Shown here piece after piece: positions 20,876-29,421 of a stretch of DNA of 64,000 nt. The DNA is from an uncultured Candidatus Saccharibacteria bacterium (GTDB lineage Bacteria; Patescibacteriota; Minisyncoccia; Phycocordibacterales; CAYSCM01), in the NCBI GenBank assembly GCA_964429815.1, contig CAYSCM010000003.1, forward strand, positions 29,297 through 93,296, read 5' to 3'. The position numbers and the translations under genes were made by a program. The first letter of the stretch is position 1. Each line of letters starts with the position of its first letter. The notes beneath the pieces were generated by a model. The model was not told where the DNA came from and did not search any database. It saw only the letters and a list, made by a program, of their open reading frames with translations.

Positions 20876-22006
20876 ATGAAGATAGTGCTTACGGGCGGAG
20901 GAACGGGGGGGCACTTTTATCCTCTGATAGCGGTCGCTGAGGAGATAAATCGCATCGCCACGGAGCGGAAAATCCTCCCTCCACAGCTTTACTACATCGC
21001 CCCAACTCCCTACGATGAGCGGCTCCTGTTCGAGAACAACATAGAATTTCGTCACTCGCCGGCAGGGAAACTGCGCCGCTACTTCTCTTTCCTCAACGTC
21101 ATCGACCTCGTGAAGACTCTCATCGGGGTCAGTAAAGCTCTCCTGCAGCTTTTTTCCATATTTCCGGACGTCATTTTCAGCAAAGGCGGCTACAGCAGTT
21201 TTCCCACAGTGACCGCTGGACATATACTTGGCATTCCTGTTGTCGTTCACGAGTCCGATGCAAAGCCAGGTCGAGCCAACCTTCTGGCCGGAAAACGTGC
21301 ACAGTCAATTGCCCTCTCTTATCCCGAAGCCGCAGACTATTTTCCGAAAGACAAAATTGCATTGGTTGGCAATCCGGTGCGCAGAGCTTTGCGCACACCG
21401 CTCACCGAAGGGGCCCGAGAATTTTTAAAACTTGAGGAACAAGCGCCCGTCATACTCATTCTTGGAGGCTCGCAGGGAGCATCGCGAATAAACGACATCA
21501 TTTTAGAAGCCTTGCCGGAGCTGGTACAAAGATTTCAGGTGATTCATCAGACAGGTGAGGCTCTCTTTGAATCTGTGTCGCAAACAGCTTCCGTCATTCT
21601 TGATAAAAACTCTAATGCGTCCCGGTATCATTTGTTTGCGTACCTTAACGAACTAGCATTGCGTATGAGCGGGGGTGTCGCGTCGCTCATCATCACCCGC
21701 GCCGGTTCCGGGAGCCTTTTCGAGATAGCGGGATGGGGGAAGCCCTCCATCGTTATTCCCATCCCAGAGGAGGTGAGCCATGATCAGCGTAGCAACGCGT
21801 ATTCATACGCCAGGAACGGAGCGGCGACCGTGATCGAAGAGAAAAACCTGGCACCCCACCTTCTTCTTTCCGAAATAAACCGCATCATGGATGATGCGAA
21901 ACTCCAGAAGGACATGGGTGAAGCCGCTCTTGCGTTTGCACGCCCTGACGCAGCGACCAAGATTGCTGAAGAACTTATACGCATTGCGCTTTTGCATGAG
22001 AGATAA
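20876..22006 (+). CDS. murG: UDP-GlcNAc:undecaprenyl-PP-MurNAc-pentapeptide GlcNAc transferase
   Basis: MKIVLTGGGTGGHFYPLIAVAEEI at the N-terminus; GT28 fold. Confidence 0.92.
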   Translation: MKIVLTGGGTGGHFYPLIAVAEEINRIATERKILPPQLYYIAPTPYDERLLFENNIEFRHSPAGKLRRYFSFLNVIDLVKTLIGVSKALLQLFSIFPDVIFSKGGYSSFPTVTAGHILGIPVVVHESDAKPGRANLLAGKRAQSIALSYPEAADYFPKDKIALVGNPVRRALRTPLTEGAREFLKLEEQAPVILILGGSQGASRINDIILEALPELVQRFQVIHQTGEALFESVSQTASVILDKNSNASRYHLFAYLNELALRMSGGVASLIITRAGSGSLFEIAGWGKPSIVIPIPEEVSHDQRSNAYSYARNGAATVIEEKNLAPHLLLSEINRIMDDAKLQKDMGEAALAFARPDAATKIAEELIRIALLHER

Positions 22007-22011
22007 TCATT

Positions 22012-23361
22012 ATGTTCGGAATTTTCGGAGACAGAAGGAAAGACGTAGTCACCCGATACGCACCCAGCCCTACCGGTAAACAGCACGTGGGTGGCATTCG
22101 AACGGCGCTCTACAACTACCTCTACGCCCGCCAGCATGGTGGTACCTACATCTTACGCTCCGAGGACACAGACAAGGCGCGTTCGAACAAAGAATACGAG
22201 GATTATTTTTTAGAGCTCTTTTCCTGGCTTGGACTCGAGCATGACGCTTTTTATCGCCAATCAGACCGAACGGCAATCTACGCACGACATCTCGATGCGC
22301 TTATCAAAAAGGGGAGCGCCTACGTCTCCTTTGAAGAGCCTCGGGAGCCGAAAGGTCGAGCGCGCGTGATTCGTTTCAAAAATCCAAGTAAGAAAATAAC
22401 TTTTGTGGACGTGGTGTTGGGGGAGGTCACGTTCGATACTACCGAACTCGGTGATTTTGTAATAGCGCGGAGTTTTGAGGAGCCACTTTATCATTTTACA
22501 GTCGTCGTCGATGATTTTGAGATGGGCGTTACCCACGTTATCCGCGGCCAGGAACACCTTTCTAACACTCCTCGCCAAATTCTCCTTCAGGAGGCCATCG
22601 GGGCAGGGCGCCCCGTCTACGCTCATGCGTCTGTCATTCTCAATGAAGAACGGGAAAAAATGAGCAAGCGCGATCCTCTGGTGCGCCCTGCGCTTGAATA
22701 CCGGGATGAAGGCTACCTTCCTGAGGCGCTTCTCAATTTTATGGCTTTTCTCGGCTGGAACCCGGGTGGAGAGAGGGAAGTGATGAGCCTTACCGATCTC
22801 GTAAGGGCTTTTAGCTTGGAGCGTCTTCACAAGCACGGAGCCGTTTTCAATCCTGAGAAGCTTTTGTGGTTCAATCGTGAACATATGCTGCGACTTTCCG
22901 ACCAAGAGTTTGATGCCGCTCTGGTGCCATTTCTCGACGCTCATTCATTTGAACTTTCACGCTATCGAAAACTCATTCGCGAACGTTCCTCGACGTTCAA
23001 GGAAGCCGCGGATTTTCTTCGTTCCGGAGAATTTTCATACTTAGTTGAGCGTCCTACGGTAGAGGCAGCAAAGCTTCCTTGGAAAAACGACGGCGCTTCG
23101 GTCGTACGGAAGCATTTGGATGTTGTGCTGTCCATGGTAATAGCACTCGATGCGCGTCCGACTGTAGATCGGGCGAAGTCCCTCATCTTCCCGTACGCCG
23201 ATAGAGAGGGGAGGGGGAGCGTGCTATGGCCACTTCGATATGCGCTGTCCGGCCGGGAAAAATCCCCGGACCCCTTTGAGCTTATTGCCCTGCTTGGCCG
23301 TGACGAGTCCCGAGCGCGCATTGAGCTAGCGCTAACAGCGCTTGCGGCACCTACGAAATGA
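22012..23361 (+). CDS. gltX: glutamyl-tRNA synthetase
   Basis: VTRYAPSPTGKQHVGGIRTALYNY (the HIGH variant) and KMSKR. Confidence 0.9.
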   Translation: MFGIFGDRRKDVVTRYAPSPTGKQHVGGIRTALYNYLYARQHGGTYILRSEDTDKARSNKEYEDYFLELFSWLGLEHDAFYRQSDRTAIYARHLDALIKKGSAYVSFEEPREPKGRARVIRFKNPSKKITFVDVVLGEVTFDTTELGDFVIARSFEEPLYHFTVVVDDFEMGVTHVIRGQEHLSNTPRQILLQEAIGAGRPVYAHASVILNEEREKMSKRDPLVRPALEYRDEGYLPEALLNFMAFLGWNPGGEREVMSLTDLVRAFSLERLHKHGAVFNPEKLLWFNREHMLRLSDQEFDAALVPFLDAHSFELSRYRKLIRERSSTFKEAADFLRSGEFSYLVERPTVEAAKLPWKNDGASVVRKHLDVVLSMVIALDARPTVDRAKSLIFPYADREGRGSVLWPLRYALSGREKSPDPFELIALLGRDESRARIELALTALAAPTK

Positions 23362-24635
23362 TGCGCTTGCGGCCAGTCTTTTTATTCCTTGCCCTGACCG
23401 TTTTTTTCGTTGCTGCTCCGGCCCTGCGGGCGCAGGATACCGATGCCCTTCAAAAGCAAATTGATGAGCACAACGCCCAAATTCAAGCCCTCGAGCAAGA
23501 AATATCGGGATATCAGCAACAATTGGATGCGACCACGAAGGACCGCCAAACACTTCAAGGCGCCATAAAACAACTCGACCTAAGCAGACAGAAGCTTTCT
23601 GCTTCAATCACGGTGACCCAAAACAAAATAGATACCGACGATCTCGAGATACGCCAGCTGGCACTTCAAATCACAGATAAGAGCTCGCGTATTTCAGCCA
23701 ACAGTGCCGCGATCGCAGAAGGACTTCGAGAAGTACAAGAAATCGACGGGGGGAGCCTTCTGGAGCAGATTCTTGATTCGCAAAAACTTTCGGACCTGTG
23801 GGACCACGTGTCGACGCTCTCCACGTTTCAAGGAGCAGTTCGTGCCAAGACAGAGGAACTCAAGGCCCTCAAGAGCGATCTCGAGGATACAAAGCATCGC
23901 ACCGAGGGGAAACGTGCGGAACTTATCGTGCTGCGCGCCCAGCTAGCCGATCAGCGCAGAGCGCTCGACGCCAACCGGGCCGATAAAAACAAGCTCCTCG
24001 CTGAGACCAAAAACAAGGAATCAGAATATCAAAAGCTCATCGCACAGAAGCAGACTCTAAAAGCACAATTTGAAGCCGAACTCTCCAGTATTGAATCGAA
24101 GCTCAAACAAACCGTCGACCCTGCTTCGCTGCCACGCTACGGTTCGGGGGTTCTTTCATGGCCGCTCGATAAAGTGCGTATAACACAGTATTTCGGCAAT
24201 ACGCCCTTTGCCACCGCTAACCCGCAAGTGTATGGAGGAAAAGGGCATAACGGCATCGACCTTGGAGCTCCACCGGGCACGCTTGTCAAAGCTGCCCTTT
24301 CGGGAACCGTGCTCGGCACGGGAGATACTGACCTTACATGTCCCAATGCTTCCTACGGTCGCTGGATCCTCATACGCCACAATAATGGCCTTACTACTCT
24401 CTATGCACACCTTTCCGTTATTACCGCCGCGGCCGGCCAGTCCGTCGCAACGGGACAGATAATCGGTTACTCAGGAAGCACGGGATACGCTACCGGACCG
24501 CACCTTCACTTCACTGTCTACGCTTCTGACGTCGTCACTATAAGCACCTTCCCCAGCACGAGCTGTAAAGGACGCGTGTACACCATGCCGATCTCCCCCG
24601 CGGACGGTTACCTTAATCCGCTCTCCTATCTATAG
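23358..24635 (+). CDS. M23/LytM-family peptidase with an N-terminal coiled coil (EnvC-like)
   Basis: Signal peptide, a long heptad-rich region, then HNGIDLGAPPGT...YAHLS...GSTGYATGPHLHF zinc-ligand motifs. Confidence 0.8.
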   Translation: MMRLRPVFLFLALTVFFVAAPALRAQDTDALQKQIDEHNAQIQALEQEISGYQQQLDATTKDRQTLQGAIKQLDLSRQKLSASITVTQNKIDTDDLEIRQLALQITDKSSRISANSAAIAEGLREVQEIDGGSLLEQILDSQKLSDLWDHVSTLSTFQGAVRAKTEELKALKSDLEDTKHRTEGKRAELIVLRAQLADQRRALDANRADKNKLLAETKNKESEYQKLIAQKQTLKAQFEAELSSIESKLKQTVDPASLPRYGSGVLSWPLDKVRITQYFGNTPFATANPQVYGGKGHNGIDLGAPPGTLVKAALSGTVLGTGDTDLTCPNASYGRWILIRHNNGLTTLYAHLSVITAAAGQSVATGQIIGYSGSTGYATGPHLHFTVYASDVVTISTFPSTSCKGRVYTMPISPADGYLNPLSYL

Positions 24636-24756
24636 CGTAGCACTGTGCGTATCACGCTCGCTCAGAGTTCCTGGAGCGCTACAATAGGGGAGAGGTCGAT
24701 TTTATACGCCAACGATACTTCCTTTAGATATGATGAAAGGACACAGAGGTCTTCAC

Positions 24757-24948
24757 ATGGTGACGTTCACACTCGTCATCATCGGCGCCCTCAACTGGGG
24801 TGTGTATGCGCTTACCGGTTGGGAAATCGGCCAGATCTTCGGAGGCATGAACGCCTCGGTCTCGCAGATCATCTACATCCTCGTCGGGCTATCCGCCGTC
24901 TATGAGGTGTTGATGCACAAGAAGCATTGCCGGATGTGCAATCCATAG
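24757..24948 (+). CDS. DUF378-family small membrane protein
   Basis: MVTFTLVIIGALNWGVYALTGWEIGQIFGG...; an AGAGG ribosome-binding site sits 8 nt before this ATG. The ORF track starts at 24730. Confidence 0.6.
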   Translation: MVTFTLVIIGALNWGVYALTGWEIGQIFGGMNASVSQIIYILVGLSAVYEVLMHKKHCRMCNP

Positions 24949-24960
24949 ACTTTTCTCAAA

Positions 24961-24990
24961 AAATCCCGGAGCGTTGGCCTGGGATTTTTT
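24961..24990 (+). terminator. intrinsic terminator after the DUF378 gene
   Basis: AAATCCCGG-(loop)-CCTGGGATTT followed by a run of six T. Confidence 0.5.
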
Positions 24991-25135
24991 GTTGGCACCC
25001 CCGGTGCGTCCGGTTCCCCGGCTCTTGATAGTAAGCGTCGCAAAAGATATATTGTGCGACGCTTATCTATTTTCTCACGAACCTGTGAGGCTGCATCTGG
25101 AATACCCTGCCCTATACATCCTTATGTCTCTCTAC

Positions 25136-25181
25136 CCGCAAACACAAAAAGCGCCGATGGGGGCGCTTTTTGTGTTTGCGG
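25136..25181. terminator. long perfect hairpin, probably a bidirectional terminator
   Basis: 20-bp perfect stem CCGCAAACACAAAAAGCGCC-gatggg-GGCGCTTTTTGTGTTTGCGG. It lies immediately 3' of the minus-strand gene ending at 25185. A second 11-bp hairpin sits at 25032-25064. Confidence 0.55.
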
Positions 25182-25184
25182 AGC

Positions 25185-25748
25185 TTACCTGGCGGCAACT
25201 TCCGCTTTGGGACCCCAACATTTCTTGGATGAGACCCATGGATCGGAACCTTGCTTCTCGTAGAGCCTTCGGGCGTATACGAGATTGTCCGTAAGCTTTT
25301 CAAGATCCAAACCGAGCTTGGTGGCTATGTCTTTGTGGTATCGCTCGTTGATCTGCATGACACCAACGTCGTTTGAGTCTATTTCGCCTCGAATAACGAG
25401 GCCATTTTTATCGTACTGGCGCATGTGCGATTCGCATCGCGCGATGTCGACCATGATCGGTATATCCGTGAAGTAGGCCTCGACGAGTTGCTCGACGCCC
25501 ACATTAGAAGCCGTCGCGCCCGGAGCGACCGTCGCTTGCGCGATGGCCGCGCTTGAGTTCCCGAGTGACCCCGAGAGCGCGATGGCGATAATTGCAAGAA
25601 TGATAAGCCTTTTCTCTAGTGTTCTAAGTTCCCTCCAGATTCCAGCGACTAAATCGGATTCTGGCGCGATCAGGTGCCTGATCGATTTGGAGCTCAGACG
25701 CTTTAAGCGTCGGCTAAACAAAAATCCCGCGCACGCGAGATTGCGCAA
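25185..25748 (-). CDS. lytic transglycosylase (SLT domain) with an N-terminal TM anchor
   Basis: CESHM...DVGVMQINERYH matches the SLT family-1 catalytic Glu/Ser and MQIN motifs. Hydrophobic LIILAIIAIALSGSL anchor. The start codon is uncertain. Confidence 0.6.
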   Translation of the reverse strand: MRNLACAGFLFSRRLKRLSSKSIRHLIAPESDLVAGIWRELRTLEKRLIILAIIAIALSGSLGNSSAAIAQATVAPGATASNVGVEQLVEAYFTDIPIMVDIARCESHMRQYDKNGLVIRGEIDSNDVGVMQINERYHKDIATKLGLDLEKLTDNLVYARRLYEKQGSDPWVSSKKCWGPKAEVAAR

Positions 25749-25904
25749 ATACTAGCATGGAATTATCTTGCTGTCAATACAGCCCAATGAATTTTAGGGT
25801 ATGTCAAATACCTTAAAAGGGCTCTGTATAGGCGTTAACTTCCTAATCTTCATAATTCATCTTGCGCGGCTAGCGCCGCCTTCATCGCCCCTCCATATCT
25901 TCTG

Positions 25905-25975
25905 TCGGGCTGCCGGGAATTGAACCCGGGTCACATCCACCCCATGGATGCATACTACCGTTGTACTACAGCCCG
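25905..25975 (-). tRNA. tRNA-Pro (anticodon GGG)
   Basis: Hand-folded cloverleaf: acceptor CGGGCTG/CAGCCCG, D-stem GTAC/GTAT, anticodon stem CATCC/GGATG with loop ATGGGGT, T-arm CCGGG-TTCAATT-CCCGG. CCA is not encoded. Confidence 0.85.
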
Positions 25976-26072
25976 TTATCTAAAACCGTGCCATTGTATG
26001 TCAGCTCTTACTTCCCCGCTAGCGGTAAGTGAGGGAAGTATATTTCGGTACTTTTAACTCTTCCGTGGCGCC

Positions 26073-26663
26073 TCACACGAGCCATGGGATATCGAACTGC
26101 ACAAATTCTGGTAGCAACTTTTTATCGTACAGGAGTCTCGAAATGACTTCGGCGTGCGATAGCGCTCCGGTAAGAGCATTGTGTGGTGAGGGTTCCGCCG
26201 GAATGCCCACATAGTTTAGGACCGTATCGAGGTCAAGCGCGCTGCGTCGATTCACGCTCGGAATATTGAGGTTTCGCTTTATCATGTGCATGTAGCAGAG
26301 AGTGTGGGTGTCTACGGTGCGGTAGGCATAGGGCCATTCGATATGCATCCGTCCCGCTGCAGCCTTAAGAAAGTCGCGATCAAAAGAGACGTTCTGGCCG
26401 GCAAGCGTATGTTCGGTCGTCTCGTTTCCCCAGGCGATAAAAGCTTTGATAAGTTCTCCTTCGGGCTTCTTAGCAAGATCGGTTATTTCCTCTCTGGAAA
26501 AGCCGTTGACCTCAAGGGCCTCTGGCATAACGTGCGCTCCGTCCCAAATCCTGCACTCGTCGTAAAACTGATTCGTCGGGTCGTCAAAATCAAGCGCTCC
26601 TACGGAGACGATGGAGTGCTTGTGGTATTCCGTGCCGGACGCTTCGACATCGACAACTATCAT
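26073..26663 (-). CDS. 3'-5' exonuclease, DEDDh (DnaQ-like) family
   Basis: Exo I (VVDVEASG), Exo II (FIAWGNETTEHTLAGQNVSFD) and Exo III (H-NALTGAL) motifs. Confidence 0.75.
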   Translation of the reverse strand: MIVVDVEASGTEYHKHSIVSVGALDFDDPTNQFYDECRIWDGAHVMPEALEVNGFSREEITDLAKKPEGELIKAFIAWGNETTEHTLAGQNVSFDRDFLKAAAGRMHIEWPYAYRTVDTHTLCYMHMIKRNLNIPSVNRRSALDLDTVLNYVGIPAEPSPHNALTGALSHAEVISRLLYDKKLLPEFVQFDIPWLV

Positions 26664-26680
26664 GTGCTCCAGTATCGCAA

Positions 26681-27052
26681 CTATTGAAGCCCGTTACAAT
26701 GTGCCGCCGGCAGGTAGCCGGCTTTTCGGGCCTCCTGCGCCGATGGGAACGAGACCCTGTTTGACTCTGAAATGCCCTTAGCACCGGAACAATCCGGATA
26801 AAAGTAGCGTGTACCATTTTTGGAGGCAACCACGGCCCCACCTCCAAGTGCCGTTAAACCCTCCGCGGCGGCGGGCAACGTGCGTTCGTAATTCTCTGGA
26901 TATGAAATAGAGAGGCTTGGTTTTCCCATTTCGAGAACGGATAGTCTGCCGAGGCAAAACGATGCGATACCCACGAGGACGATAAGGGTCGGTACTAAAA
27001 ACTCTTTGAGGTGTAAACGCTTGAGTTTTTCCGCAACCTCAAGTATAGTCAT
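26681..27052 (-). CDS. membrane-anchored protein with an Ada-like Cys-rich metal-binding domain
   Basis: N-terminal TM helix. C-terminal [36 protein letters not shown] parallels the Ada N-terminal Zn motif (C...C...N..F....EA..AG..PC..C). It is 17 nt upstream of the exonuclease gene on the same strand. Confidence 0.45.
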   Translation of the reverse strand: MTILEVAEKLKRLHLKEFLVPTLIVLVGIASFCLGRLSVLEMGKPSLSISYPENYERTLPAAAEGLTALGGGAVVASKNGTRYFYPDCSGAKGISESNRVSFPSAQEARKAGYLPAAHCNGLQ

Positions 27053-27071
27053 GGCTCAAGCATACACTGAT

Positions 27072-27344
27072 ATGGCAAGTAAAAAAGCGGGCGGGACAGC
27101 TAAAAATCTACGCGATTCGAAACCAAAATACCTTGGCGTGAAGCTCTATGAAGGGCAGCTCGCCCAGCCTGGGGCTGTTATTATTCGCCAGCGCGGGACC
27201 GAATTTTCTCCTGGCAAGGGCGTCGGCATAGGAAAAGATCACACGCTGTATTCTCTGGTTGATGGTAAAGTTTCCTTCCGCACCAAGCGTAAAATATCCT
27301 TTAACGGAAAGACAAAAAAGCAGAACGTAGTTGACGTTAAGTAG
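27072..27344 (+). CDS. rpmA: 50S ribosomal protein L27
   Basis: [25 protein letters not shown]...IIRQRGT.F.PG..VG.GKD is the L27 consensus. An alternative ATG at 27051 would add a 7-aa extension. Confidence 0.9.
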   Translation: MASKKAGGTAKNLRDSKPKYLGVKLYEGQLAQPGAVIIRQRGTEFSPGKGVGIGKDHTLYSLVDGKVSFRTKRKISFNGKTKKQNVVDVK

Positions 27345-27351
27345 CAAAAGA

Positions 27352-27377
27352 GACCCCGCAGGGGGTTTTTGCTTTTG
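27352..27377 (+). terminator. intrinsic terminator after rpmA
   Basis: GACCCC-gcag-GGGGTT followed by TTTGCTTTTG. Confidence 0.6.
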
Positions 27378-27572
27378 CTAATGGTAATTATTTTTTTATA
27401 GCAAATGCATAATGCGAGGGGTTACTACTGCAGGAACTGATCAAGAATAGGTCTTGAACACTTCCTGCTTGCAGGAGGTGTCACATGACCAAGGAAAGCG
27501 GCTCTCGCTGCGCATATTGCTGAGGAAGCCATCGAAAGCAATAACCGCTACGGCGAATACCGCTAACCACTG

Positions 27573-27608
27573 GACCCCCGAAGCAATCACGGGGGTCTTC
27601 TTATTTTG
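27573..27608 (+). terminator. plus-oriented intrinsic terminator ending an unannotated short transcript
   Basis: GACCCCC-(11-nt loop)-GGGGGTC followed by TTCTTATTTTG. The U-tract lies only on the plus strand and overlaps the stop codon of minus-strand rplI. Confidence 0.5.
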
Positions 27609-28044
27609 CTTCAATTAAAAGCTCAAATGAGACCTTGCCCTTCCCTGCCTCAACAACAACCGTCTGCTTCCCGACACTCTTTACCGGCTCGTCGAGCTTG
27701 ATCATGTTGGGAACTATATCCACGCGGAGTTCTTTTTTAAGCGTCTCCGCAATTTCCTTTTGGTGAATACCTTTGAAGAGGTGTCCCTTCTCGTTTGCCT
27801 GAACGACTATGGTGACTGTTTTCCCTGAGAGAGCTTCTAAATTTTTATGTAAGATATTGAGATCCACCTCCTTCATTTCCGCAAGCTCTTTCTGCCTGAT
27901 GAGGAGGTCCCTGACGCGCGACTCGGTCGCTTCCTGGGCTAGCCCCTTGGGTATGAGAAGGTTACGGGCATAGCCATCAGAAACGTTTTTGACGTCCCAT
28001 TTCTTCCCTGCTCTGGGAACATCTTTAAGGAAAATGATTTTCAT
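27601..28044 (-). CDS. rplI: 50S ribosomal protein L9
   Basis: MKIIFLKDVPRAGKKWDVKNVSDGYARNLLIPKGLA is an L9 N-domain. 147 aa. Confidence 0.9.
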   Translation of the reverse strand: MKIIFLKDVPRAGKKWDVKNVSDGYARNLLIPKGLAQEATESRVRDLLIRQKELAEMKEVDLNILHKNLEALSGKTVTIVVQANEKGHLFKGIHQKEIAETLKKELRVDIVPNMIKLDEPVKSVGKQTVVVEAGKGKVSFELLIEAK

Positions 28045-28045
28045 G

Positions 28046-29320
28046 TTATTGAGGAATCGGCGTTGGAAAATTTTGCACGCGGATCGTAAACGAAGATTTA
28101 AGTATTCCGACCGCCTTTTCTAACTGCGGGTCCTTGCCGGCCTTAACGTCCGCGTCGGTTACCTTTATCTCGACGTCCGGTGAAAGACCACCGTTGCTGA
28201 TGGAGCGGCCGTTGGGGGTAAGCCAGCGCGCGATGGTGACCTTGAGCGAAGCCTCCGGCGTGATGTCGACGAGCTCTTGGACTGAACCTTTGCCGAAGGT
28301 TCGAGTGCCGACCAGTGTCGCTCGGTGATATTCCTGCATGGCGCCGGCAAAAATTTCGGAAGCCGATGCCGAGCCCTGGTCGACGAGAAGAACCATTTTC
28401 AGGTTGTCGTTGAAGACCTGGTAGCCGCGGGTGCGATGGAGAAGCTCCTCCTTTCCAGGACCATAATTTTCTCGCACGACCACCTTGCCGGGCGGTAGGA
28501 AGAAGCTCGCTGCGTCGACGGCAGCTTCGAGGTAGCCGCCGGGGTTGCCTCGTAGGTCGATGACGAGCTTATCCGTATTGGCGGCGATGAACTCCCGTAA
28601 GGCGTTGCGGAAAAGTTGGGGCGAGTTAGCGGAAAATTGATAGAACCGGATGACAAAAATGCCATCGTCGCGCTTTTGCGTGTCGATAGTGGGGACTTGA
28701 ATGACGTCACGAGTGACGGTCACCTCGAAAGGCGCGCTCTTCCCTTCCCGAGCAAGGGTAAGTTTTACCGTGGTGCCTACCTCCCCGCGGATAAGGGAAA
28801 CCGCTTTATCGACTGACATGCCCTCGGTGGTCGATGCACCTATGGCGAGGATGACGTCGCCCGACTTGATGCCGGCATGCTCCGCCGGGGAGCCTTTAAG
28901 CGGCGCGATGACCGTGATAGCGCCGTTTCGTTGTCCTATTTCCATGCCGGCCCCGCCGAAGGAACCGCTAATATTTTCCTGGAAAATCTTGTTTTCCTGG
29001 GGAGGAAGGAAGACGGTGTAGGGGTCGCCGAGCGACGAAGCAAGCCCCTCAATGGCCCCCCAGAGCATCTGCTGCTGCGATATCACCTTAGTGGTCGTCG
29101 CGGGCACGAACTTTTCGTTGAGGACGCCCCATGCCTTCCACAGTGGAGAGACATCGACCCCCGCGGGGACGTTGCCGCCGGAGCTGCTCAATACGGGGAG
29201 CGCCGACGCAGGTGCATTGTCGCGAATGACGTAGCCGATGGCAAAGAAAAGAGCGGCTATCACGATGTAGCCGACAATTCCCCGACTGCGCCCTTCCGGA
29301 CGCGTGCTCTCCCCGTCCAT
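28046..29320 (-). CDS. ctpA: carboxyl-terminal processing protease (S41, with PDZ domain)
   Basis: PDZ domain (GIKSGDVILAIG) followed by an S41 catalytic domain (VIDLRGNPGGYL). Confidence 0.85.
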   Translation of the reverse strand: MDGESTRPEGRSRGIVGYIVIAALFFAIGYVIRDNAPASALPVLSSSGGNVPAGVDVSPLWKAWGVLNEKFVPATTTKVISQQQMLWGAIEGLASSLGDPYTVFLPPQENKIFQENISGSFGGAGMEIGQRNGAITVIAPLKGSPAEHAGIKSGDVILAIGASTTEGMSVDKAVSLIRGEVGTTVKLTLAREGKSAPFEVTVTRDVIQVPTIDTQKRDDGIFVIRFYQFSANSPQLFRNALREFIAANTDKLVIDLRGNPGGYLEAAVDAASFFLPPGKVVVRENYGPGKEELLHRTRGYQVFNDNLKMVLLVDQGSASASEIFAGAMQEYHRATLVGTRTFGKGSVQELVDITPEASLKVTIARWLTPNGRSISNGGLSPDVEIKVTDADVKAGKDPQLEKAVGILKSSFTIRVQNFPTPIPQ

Positions 29321-29421
29321 ACGAATCTAATTATCGCAAACCAAGACGTCCCCCGCAAATGCCGTTGCGGTTCCGTGATGCGCGCGCGAGTGTTAAACTT
29401 GCTAACATCGCCTCTACTCGT

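Noticed and set aside
27051-27071. Longer L27 with a 7-aa N-terminal extension (MAQAYTD) analogous to the Prp-cleaved extension of Firmicutes
   Set aside because: No ribosome-binding site for either start and no prp gene nearby. The shorter start gives the canonical MASKKAGG N-terminus. Left as an alternative start in the evidence field.
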